DNA of 32,000 nt from the NCBI RefSeq assembly GCF_047300905.1, contig NZ_CP178552.1. The stretch is one strand, 5' to 3'. Below, in pieces: positions 18,535 to 29,200 of this stretch. The stretch comes from Escherichia coli. Lineage in GTDB: Bacteria > Pseudomonadota > Gammaproteobacteria > Enterobacterales > Enterobacteriaceae. Within the stretch, counting starts at the first letter, position 1. Each line of letters starts with the position of its first letter. The notes under the pieces were generated by a model. That model worked only from the letters and a program-made list of their open reading frames with translations, made no database searches and was not told the DNA's origin. The position numbers were made by a program, and so were the translations under genes.

Positions 18535-20232
18535 ATGCAACTGCAACATGGAAAAAATAATACACAACAATATATATTTGGCGACTTTGTATTAAAAAAC
18601 AATGGAATATTATTATTCAAAAACAAAGAATATCATATTCCCCCGAAAGAACTTGGCGTTATCATTCTATTACTTAATGCTGACGGTGAAATTGTTAGCA
18701 AAGAAGAGATTATCGATAAGGTCTGGAGCGCGAGTGTTGCCAGTGATGAATCTCTAACACGATGTATTTATGCATTGCGCAAACTTTTGCATGAGAATAA
18801 ACAGTGTAAGTATATCGAAACGGTCTATGGTTGTGGATACCGTTTTACTGTACCTATTGTGATTGTGACCGATAATGAACCGGTAAAGTCGACCACCACT
18901 CTTGCCGTTTTTCCCTTTCGTACTGAAGGTTCGATCAATGTTCTAAAACTCCATTACGAACTTGTCCAGGGCCTTTCAAAATATGCTTTTTGTGGTTTAG
19001 ATATTTTACCCGCTTCGGTAACAAATGAGGCCAGTGATTTCTCCACCATCCATCAGTTTATCAATAAAACAGGTCCAGAATATTATATTATGGGTCAGGT
19101 CGTTCACTATGGTAAAAACTGGCGTTTATTTATTGAGTTAATCCATGCCAGAACGCATAAATTGATTGATCATCAAAGTATTGATTTCAACCCCGATAAT
19201 CCTCTTTCCGTATTATTATCACAAGTAATTAATATTCTTATTGAAAAAATACCCAACATTAATTTTAAATCTATTAATACACAACAAATGCCATCTCTGG
19301 ATTCTGCTGTTATGTATATGAATGGCAGGATGGAAATGTACCGTTATACACCAGAAAGTTTGAAACGAGCATTAGTAATATTTAGAGATTGTGTGAGTAC
19401 GCAACCGCAAAATACCTTGCCCTACTGTTGCCTGGCGGAATGCCATATATCATTAGCACTCCTTGGAATCAGTGAACAAAAACAAGCAATAACTACGGCA
19501 GTAACCTCCATTGAAAAGGCTCTGGAAATTAACCCTTCAAATTCTCAGGCATTGGGTTTACTGGGTTTAATCAGTGGGCTAAAAGATGAACATTCAGTGT
19601 CTAATGTGCTATTTAAGCAAGCACATTTACTCAAACCTAATTCGCCAGACGTTTATTATTATCAGTCTCTGCTATGTTTTTTGAACGGTGACCTAGCAAG
19701 AGCATTTAATTTAATAGAAAAAAGCATTGCTCTTGAACCCAATAAAATGGGCATAAGCATTCTTAAATTAATTATACTTTATTACACATCCCCCCTCGAT
19801 AACGCGATATCTTTTGCATTAAATCTTAACAGTCAAAACACCTGTAATAATCCAATTATTACCTCTATTCTGGCTATGTTCATGGCACTGAAAGGACATA
19901 ATGACAAAGCCAAAAGTTTATTGCTTAAACTTGAGCCTGAACATGGTCTTGATTACACCTGCGTTAACTCGCTTTATACGAAGTTTCTGATCTATGGCGC
20001 ATCTATAAAAAATGACATTATGAAGTTACTGGCAAATATTAACACTAACAAAATCAATGGTGTGATTTTGCCGTTAATTTACACTGTTTATGGTAAGAAA
20101 GAATATGAAAAGCGCTGGCAACAATTAATTAAAGAGAATGATTTATGGTCAAATGTTTTGCTTCATGACCCCCGTTTGCTCAGTGTAAAAAATGAATTTA
20201 ATACTATTGGTGTGATGCGTACTTCTGCGTAA
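18535..20232 (+). CDS. eilA: HilA-like transcriptional regulator EilA
   Basis: 565 aa; N-terminal OmpR-type winged helix (FGDFVLKNNGILLFKNKEYHIPPKELGVIILLL..KYIETVYGCGYRF) plus TPR-rich C-terminal half; next to eip genes and air as in EAEC 042. Confidence 0.9.
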   Translation: MQLQHGKNNTQQYIFGDFVLKNNGILLFKNKEYHIPPKELGVIILLLNADGEIVSKEEIIDKVWSASVASDESLTRCIYALRKLLHENKQCKYIETVYGCGYRFTVPIVIVTDNEPVKSTTTLAVFPFRTEGSINVLKLHYELVQGLSKYAFCGLDILPASVTNEASDFSTIHQFINKTGPEYYIMGQVVHYGKNWRLFIELIHARTHKLIDHQSIDFNPDNPLSVLLSQVINILIEKIPNINFKSINTQQMPSLDSAVMYMNGRMEMYRYTPESLKRALVIFRDCVSTQPQNTLPYCCLAECHISLALLGISEQKQAITTAVTSIEKALEINPSNSQALGLLGLISGLKDEHSVSNVLFKQAHLLKPNSPDVYYYQSLLCFLNGDLARAFNLIEKSIALEPNKMGISILKLIILYYTSPLDNAISFALNLNSQNTCNNPIITSILAMFMALKGHNDKAKSLLLKLEPEHGLDYTCVNSLYTKFLIYGASIKNDIMKLLANINTNKINGVILPLIYTVYGKKEYEKRWQQLIKENDLWSNVLLHDPRLLSVKNEFNTIGVMRTSA

Positions 20233-20242
20233 TAACGAATAT

Positions 20243-20270
20243 AAATTGCCCTGCTGATGCAGGGCAATTT
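20243..20270. terminator. Bidirectional terminator between convergent eilA and air
   Basis: AAATTGCCCTG-CTGATG-CAGGGCAATTT, 11-bp stem, in the 51-bp convergent gap. Confidence 0.85.
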
Positions 20271-20283
20271 AGTAATTACTTCG

Positions 20284-23200
20284 TTAATAATACTCTACGC
20301 ACAAGCCAGAGGACTTTCCTGTTCCAAGCTCTGATATACCAGTTTCAGGATTAAATTTCTCGTGTACTCCCATGAGCTGAGTGCTTGTCCAATAATCCGT
20401 ACCGCTAAAAGCGTTCCCATAAATTTTTAAATTACCATATTCGCCCCACAACGTACCTACTTTTCGCGGTACTACCCCACCGCTTGGCCGCTGCGCTAAT
20501 TCTAAAGATGACGGCATTTGACCATAGCTACATGAAGTGTTTATGATATCCCAGGTATTACTACTGGTAGCACCTAAACTAGTAAACCATTTTTTAATCT
20601 TGAATTTAAATACAACATCATTCCCTTTACCATTCTTGGGTTTCCCGGTAATAGTAACTTCACTTCTTATCAGCACAGATAATGTTACTTCTCCATTACT
20701 GTCAACATTAATTCCATAAATCCCAGCCGTCCAATTATAATCCGTATTTTTCATATTATGGGTTAGTAACAGCGTGAATTTTGCACCATCAAACCCTGTT
20801 TCTGGAAAACCATCTGTCGCCCTGAATTTTACACCATTAACACTCAGCAACTCGACTTCCACAAAAGGAAGGATGGTATAGGATGGTTGTCCGTATATAC
20901 GCCAACCTTTAATCTCCATAAATGAAGTTAAATTTTCTCCTTCTTGGTAGGCCATATATGTACGTTCATATATGCCATCACCCACATATCTCCATTTTTC
21001 CCCTTCTTTTTTTTCTACATTTTGTAAGTACACTGTATCATCCAGCAAATCCAGACCGTTATCCACCGGATTTCCAAAATCATCAACTAATAAAACACTG
21101 ACAGGTAAATCCGCCCCTTCCACTACTAAAACTTCTCGTATACGAAGCTGTGAACCAAGCGGACTCACTTCACCTGGTTTGATAGTGTAATTGTTTGAAT
21201 AATTGGCATCGCTCCAACCAGCCATCTTCAGTTGCGCATTCAAATTCGCTTCCGCAAAATGCGCCATATACTGTCTTTGATATTGCCCATTGCCGTTGTA
21301 AACCCAATTATTGCCCTGGATAGGATCCGCATTCCTGACTTGTACGTTTTCCTCATTAAGCTGAACGACACCATCAGTAATAAAGTTACCCTGGGCGTCT
21401 TTAAGAACAACGGTTACCGTTATGCTATCCCCAGCGATATATATCGTTTTGTCCGTGACAATCGTGGATTGATTTTTTGCCGCTGCACCTGGTTGTATTC
21501 CGTATAACGAGGACTTAATCTCCTCTGCCCATGTTTTTAATTTCAGACTGGCAACCAGATTTTCCTCGGCAACCCATGCTGTCCAGACAATAGTATATTC
21601 ACCATTATTCTGCTCGACCCACCGCATAGAATCGGGAGTTGCGCCGCCTACCGCGAAATTATCGATATAAGACTCGATGACTTCTGATGTCAGCCCTAAA
21701 GCAGGGTTACCAAACTCATCCCGCAACGTTATTGTGACGGTTAATGGCTCCCCGGCGATATATGCCGATTTATCTGTCCTGATAGCAGAATTTGCCTGCA
21801 CCGGAGCACCGCTGTGGATGGAATAACTCTCTGATTGTTTACTGCTGCCCCATTCAGACAACTTCAGCGTCGCGTGGTGAGAGTCTCCCGCCATTTGCGC
21901 CGACCATGTAGCAGTATAAACACCGGCGGTTTCAGACCATCCTCCTGAACGTACGGCTCCTTCTACTGTTACGTTATCACCAGACAATAAGGACTCGCCC
22001 CCTTCAACCTGGTTACCGTGCGCGTCTTTCAGCGTCACGGCGACGGTTATAGTGTCGCCAGCGGTGTAGGCGTTTTTATCCGTAGCGATAGTTGATGTGG
22101 CTTGCGCCGGAGAACCGGACTGTATGTCATAGCGATCTGACGTTACGCCATCACTCCACGTCTGCAATTGCAGGTTGGCGTGCTGATTGGTACTGGCAAT
22201 CGTCGCCATTCGTGTTGTGGTATACACGCCACCTGATTCAACCCAGCTTCCCGTTTCTGACGGGTCGGTGCCATCCACCGCCAGCACACCATTAGCGGCT
22301 AACTGTGAAGCTGCACCGGTTACCAGATTATCGAACGCATCCCGGAGCGTTACCGTGATGGTGATTGTCTCTCCAACCGTATAGTTCGACTTATTTGTTT
22401 CAACGGTTGAAGTGAGCTGCGATGCATCACCAGGTACAAAGGTGACGTTCTGGCTCTGGCTGCTGTTGTTGATGCTGGCGGTGACTGTACTGGTGCCCGC
22501 CGTCTGGCTGGTGACACTGATCTCCACCGTGCCGTCCGGCTTTGTGGTCACCGTCGAAGCAACCGTTGCGCTGTTGCCCGCCAACACGCTGACCGTCTGT
22601 CCGGCAAGCGTATTACCGTTAGCATCGGTGACCTTCACCTGCAGCGTATTCGCCGTCGAACCGTCTGCCACTGAGTTATCCCGGGTGACCACCAGATCAG
22701 CGATCTGCGCCGTCCTGACATCGGCGATAAACGTCACGTTTCGGCTCTGGCTGCTGTTGTTGATGGTCGCAGTGACTGCACTGACTCCCGCCGTCTGGCT
22801 GGTTACAGATATCTCCACCGTGCCGTCCGGCTCTGTGATGACCGCCGGAGCAACCGTTGCGCTGTTGCCTGCCGACACGCTGACCGTCTGCCCGGCAAGT
22901 GCATTGCCGAACGCATCGGTCACCCTCGCCCGCAGCGTGTTCGCCGTCGCACCGTCCGCCTCTGAACCGTCCTTAATGACCACCAGACTCGCGATCTGCG
23001 CCGTTCTGACATCGGCGATAAACGTGACGTTCCGGCTCTGGCTGCTGTTGTTAATGCTGGCGGTGACCGCACTGGTTCCGGCGGTCTGGCTGGTGACAGA
23101 GAGCTCCACCGTACCGTCCGGCTCTGTGATGACCGTCGGGGCAGTCGTTGCGCCGTTGTCCGCCAACACGCTGACCGTCTGCCCGGCTAGCATGTTCCCG

Positions 23201-26200
23201 AACGCATCGGTCACCCTCGCCCGCAGCGTGTTCGCCGTCGAACCGTCTGCCACTGAGTCGTCCTTAATGACCACCAGGTCCGCGATCTGCGCCGTCCTGA
23301 CATCGGCGATAAACATCACGTTCCGGCTCTGGCTGCTGTTGTTGATGGTCGCAGTGACTGCACTGACTCCCGCCGTCTGGCTGGTGACTGAGATCTCCAC
23401 CGTACCGTCCTGCCCTGTGATGACAGTCGGGGCAACCGTTGCGCCGTTGCCTGCCAACACGCTGACCGTCTGCCCGGCAAGCGCATTACCGAATGCATCG
23501 GTTACCCTCGCCCGCAGCGTGTTCGCCGTCGCACCGTCTGCCTCTGAACCGTCCTTAATGACCACCAGATCCGCGATCTGCGCCGTCCTGACATCGGCGA
23601 CAAACGTCACGTTCCGGCTCTGGCTGCTGTTGTTGATGGTCGCAGTGACTGCACTGACTCCCGCCGTCTGGCTGGTGACAGGGATCTCCGCCGTGCCGTC
23701 CGGCTCTGTAATCACCGTTGGGGCAACCGTTGCACCGTTGCCTGCCAACACGCTGACCGTCTGCCCATTCAGCGCATTCCCGAACGCATCGGTGACCCTC
23801 ACCCGCAGCGTGTTCGCCGTCGAACCGTCCGCCTCTGAACCGTCCTTAATGACCACCAGATCAGCGATCTTCGCCGTCCTGACATCGGCGACAAACGTCA
23901 CGTTCTGACTCTGACTGCTGCTGTTGATGCTGGCAGTGACTGCACTGATTCCTGCCGTCTGGCTGGTGACAGAGATCTCCACCGTCCCGTCCGGCTGCGT
24001 GGTGACCGTCGGAGCGACCGTTGCGCCGTTGTCCGCCAACACGCTGACCGTCTGCCCGGCAAGCGCATTACCGAATGCATCGGTTACCCTCGCCCGCAGC
24101 GTGTTCGCCGTCGCACCGTCTGCCTCTGAACCGTCCTTAATGACCACCAGATCCGCGATCTGCGCCGTCCTGACATCGGCGACAAACGTCACGTTCCGGC
24201 TCTGGCTGCTGTTGTTGATGGTCGCAGTGACTGCACTGACTCCCGCCGTCTGGCTGGTGACAGGGATCTCCGCCGTGCCGTCCGGCTCTGTAATCACCGT
24301 TGGGGCAACCGTTGCACCGTTGCCTGCCAACACGCTGACCGTCTGTCCGGAAAGTGCATTCCCGAACGCATCGGTCACCTTCACCTGCAACGTGTTCGCC
24401 ATTGCGCCGTCTGCCACCGCGTTATCCTGCGTCACCTCCAGCATCGCGATCTGCGCCGTGCTGACATCGGCAATAAACTTCACGCTCTGGCTCAGGCTGC
24501 TGTTGTTGATGCTGGCGGTGACCGCACTGGTGCCCGCCGTCTGGCTGGTGACACTGATCTCCACCATACCGTCCGGCTCTGTGATTACCGTCGGGGCAGT
24601 CGTTGCGCTGTTGTCCGCCAACACGCTGACCGTCTGCCCGGCAAGCGTATTACCGTTAGCATCGGTAACCTTCACTTGCAGCGTGTTCGCCATTGCGCCG
24701 TCAGCCACTGAGTTATCCCGGGTGACCACCAGATCAGCGATCTTCGCCGTCCTGACATCGGCGATAAACATCACGTTCTGGCTCGCGGTGCTGTTGTTGA
24801 TGGTTGCAGTGACCGCACTGATTCCGGCGGTCTGGCTGGTGACACTGATTTCCACCGTGCCGTCCGGCTGCGTGGTGACCGTCGGAGCAGTCGTGGCACC
24901 GTTGTCCGCCAACACGCTGACTGTCTGCCCGGCAAGCGTATTACCGAATGCATCGGTGATCTTCACCCGCAGCGTGTTCGCCATTGCGCCGTCAGCCACT
25001 GAGCCATCCTTAATGACCACCAGATCAGCGATCTTCGCCGTCCTGACATCTGCAACAAACGTCACGTTCCGGCTCGCGGTACTGCTGTTGATACTGGCGG
25101 TGACCGCACTGGTGCCTGCCGTCTGGCTGGTGACACTGATTTCCACCGTGCCGTCCAGCCCTGTGATGACAGTCGGAGCGACCGTTGTGCCGGTATCCGC
25201 CAATACGCTGACCGTCTGCCCGGCAAGCGTATTACCGAACGCATCGGTCACCCTCACCAGCAGCGTATTCGCCATTGCGCCGTCTGCCACGGCGTTATCC
25301 TGCGTCACCTCCAGACTCGCGATCTGCGCCGTGCTAACATCGGCGATAAACGTCACGTTCCGGCTCTGGCTGCTGTTGTTAATGCTGGCGGTGACCGCAC
25401 TGATTCCGGCGGTCTGGCTGGTGACTGAGATCTCCACCGTGCCGTCCGGCTGCGTGGTGACCGTCGGAGCAGTCGTGGCACCGTTGCCTGCCAACACGCT
25501 GACCGTCTGTCCGGCAAGTGCATTCCCGTTAGCATCGGTGACCTTCACTTGCAGCGTGTTCGCCATTGCACCGTCTGCCACTGAGTCGTCCTTAATGACC
25601 ACCAGGTCCGCGATCTTCGCCGTCCTGACATCGGCGATAAACATCACATTCTGACTCGCGGTGCTGTTGTTGATGGTTGCAGTGACCGCACTGATTCCGG
25701 CGGTCTGGCTGGTGACAGAGATCTCCACCGTACCGTCGGGCTCTGTGATGACCGTCGGGGCAGTCGTTGCGCCGTTGTCCGCCAACACGCTGACCGTCTG
25801 CCCGGCAAGCGCATTACCGAATGCATCGGTCACCCTCGCCCGTAGCGTGTTCGCCGTCGCACCGTCCGCCTCTGAACCGTCCTTAATGACCACCAGATCC
25901 GCGATCTGCGCCGTCCTGACATCGGCGATAAACGTCACGTTCCGGCTCTGGCTGCTGTTGTTGATACTGGCAGTGACTGTACTGGTTCCCGCCGTCTGGC
26001 TGGTGACACTGATTTCCACCGTGCCGTCCGGCTCGGTGATCACCGTCGGGGCAACCGTTGCGCCGTTGTCCGCCATCACGCTGACCGTCTGTCCATTCAG
26101 CGCATTCCCGAACGCATCGGTGACCTTCACCCGCAGCGTGTTCGCCATTGCGCCGTCAGCCACTGAGTTATCCTGCGTCACCTCCAGACTCGCGATCTTC

Positions 26201-29200
26201 GCCGTCCTGACATCGGCAACAAACGTCACGTTCCGGCTCAGGCTGCTGCTGTTGATGCTGGCAGTGACCGCACTGGTGCCTGCCGTCTGGCTGGTGACAG
26301 AGATCTCCACCGTGCCGTCCGGCTGCGTGGTGACCGTCGGAGCAGTCGTGGCACCGTTGCCTGCCAACACGCTGACCGTCTGTCCGGCAAGCGCATTACC
26401 GAACGCATCGGTGACCTTCACCCGCAGCGTGTTCGCCATTGCACCGTCTGCCACTGAGTCGTCCTTAATGACCACCAGATCCGCGATCTTCGCCGTCCTG
26501 ACATCGGCGATAAATGTCACGTTCTGACTCTGAGTACTGCTGTTGATGGTTGCAGTGACTGCACTGACTCCCGCCGTCTGGCTGGTGACACTGATTTCCA
26601 CCGTGCCGTCCGGCTGCGTGGTGACCACCGGAGCAACCGTTGCGCCGTTGCCTGCCGTCACGCTGACCGTCTGCCCGGCAAGTGCATTCCCGAACGCATC
26701 GGTCACCCTCGCCCGCAGCGTATTCGCCATTGCACCGTCTGCCACTGAGTTATCCCGGGTGACCACCAGATCAGCGATCTTCGCCGTCCTGACATCCGCG
26801 ATAAACGTCACGTCCCGGCTCTGACTGCTGCTGTTGATACTGACGGTGACCGCACTGCTGCCCGCCGTCTGGCTGGTGACACTGATTTCCACCGTGCCGT
26901 CCGGCTGCGTGGTGACCACCGGAGCGACCGTTGCGCCGTTATCCGCCAACACGCTGACCGTCTGTCCGGCAAGTGCATTCCCGAACGCATCGGTGACCCT
27001 CACTTGCAGCGTATTCGCCGTCGCGCCGTCTGCCACCGCGTTATCCTGGCTAACGACCAGATCCGCGATCTGCGCCGTGCTGACATCCGCAATAAACGTC
27101 ACGTTCCGGCTCTGGCTGCTGTTGTTGATGCTGGCGGTGACCGCACTGGTTCCGGCGGTCTGGCTGGTGACACTGATCTCCACCGTGCCATCCGGCTGCG
27201 TGGTGACCGTCGGAGCAGTCGTTGCGCCGTTGCCTGCCAACACGCTAACCGTCTGCCCGGCAAGTGCATTCCCGAACGCATCGGTGACCCTCGCCCGCAG
27301 CGTGTTCGCCGTCGCGCCATCTGCCACTGAGCCGTCCTGCGTCACCACCAGCTCAGCGACCTGCGCCGTGCTAACATCAGCAATAAAGTTCACCGTTTTA
27401 CTATCGCTGCTTTGATTGATCTTCGCCTCAACAGTGCTGGCATCCGCTACGGTACTGCTCAGATCAACCTCTGCCATGCCATGCGCATCCGTCCTGATAT
27501 CTGCGCTCTGCCCTGCATTGGCAAATACAGCCGCCCCCTTCGTCACCGTAAAGGTGACGGTCTGCTCCGGCAGCACATTGCCAAACTGATCTTCCACCCG
27601 GACATTCACCGTATGTCGATCGCTGCCATTCGCCAGCACATCCGGGTTACCCGTTGTCACTTGCATCGCGACAATTTGTGCGCTGGCGGCATCGCCACTA
27701 ATACTGTAATCATTTGAAGTCAGAGCGTTCGCCCAGCCGGACATCTGTAGCTGTGCTTTTAAACCGGTGCCAGGGAGTAAGGCGGTATACGTTGCGGTAT
27801 AAATTCCTTTTTGATCTTCATTCCAGGCGATGCTTTCCGCTTTTGTATTTGGCAGCTGGATAGCCAGGTTGATAGCGTCTCGTTGCCCCCCGACCAGGTT
27901 TTCATAGCTATCCTTGAGTGTTACCGTAACTTTTATCGCGCCGCCCGCGGTGTAGGCCGTTTTGTCGGTAACGATGGAGGAATAAGCCAGCACAGCTCCG
28001 CTTTCGCGGATGGCATACGCATCGGATTGCTGCGCGCTACTCCATGTCGATAGTTTCAGCGTGGCGTAATGGCGATCGCCAGCAATCTTCGCGGTTCGGG
28101 TGGTGGTGTAAACGCCATCAGACTCTTCGCTCCAGTTACCCGTTTCATTTTTATCTGTACCGCTCACCTCGACCACACTGCTACCCGCCAGCAGCGAAGC
28201 CATCCCTTTCACCAGGTTTTTCTGCTCATCCATAAGGGTAACTGACACTTTTATCTTGCCACCCGCGGTGTATGACACATCGTCTGTCTTAATGGTGGAG
28301 GTCAGCTGCGAGATATCGCCAGTAATAAAACTCACTTCCACAGACTGACTACTGCCATTGATCTCGGCCTTGATAAGACTATTTACCGCCTGGTCACTGG
28401 CAAGGTTAACGCTGGCAATCCCGTCTTTATCTGTCGTCACAATACCGCCATTTGGATCGGCAAAAACCGCCGCACCATTCACGACCGTGAAGGTAACATT
28501 TTGTCCCTGCAGTAAATTTTGATGCACATCCCTGACCGTCACAGCGACGGTATTGTGATCGCGTCTGGCAACTGCGTTATTCGCGGTGATCTGCATCGCT
28601 GCGATTTTGGCGGTATCTTTATCACCCGCAATACTGAACGCATCCGAATGTTTGGTTTGCCAGCCCGGCATCGTCAGCTGGGCCGTTAATTTGTCGCCAA
28701 TGAGATGGGCCGTATAGCTTGCTTTGTAAATTCCCTCACTTTCTTCCGTCCAGGCACTAACGGCATCAGCCTTCGTGTTGTCAACTTTAACGGTTTGTTT
28801 GAGAAGTTCTTTTCGTCCGGTAACCCCGTTGCCGTTATCATCTCTCAGGGTCACTTTAACGACTATCGGCTTACCCGCGACGTAATTATCCTGGTCTGTC
28901 TCAATCGTGGAGTCAGCGCGGGATGCCGTATTCGCCACGATAGCAATCAGCGCTGGCGTCTTAGCGATATCGTCGCCGTTAAATTGCGGCATCAGCGATA
29001 ACGCGCCAGACGTCTTCCCGGCGGTAACTATTTGGGTATAGGTTCCGTTACCGTTGTCTTTCCATTCGCTTAAGGCGAAATCCTGCAAACCTTTCACCTG
29101 TGTTTTTAACGTCATACCTGGGATTGGCTTGCCGCTGGAATCTCGCGCGGTATAGGTCAGCGTTGAGGTTGATTTTCCATCAGCAAGCAGGATTTGCTGA

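Noticed and set aside
23316-26990. Series of 60-aa minus-strand ORFs at 291-bp spacing
   Set aside because: Out-of-frame byproducts of the air repeats; useful only as a ruler for the repeat period.
22443-27389. Possible CRISPR or other short-repeat array
   Set aside because: Repeat unit is 291 bp, in frame, with no spacer/repeat structure; it is a protein domain array.
22412-27415. Long + strand ORFs (498, 576, 288, 193 aa) with repeating VTALVPAVWLVTEISTVPSG motifs, resembling membrane proteins
   Set aside because: They are antisense to the air repeat array; apparent periodicity and hydrophobicity come from the reverse complement of the 97-aa repeats.
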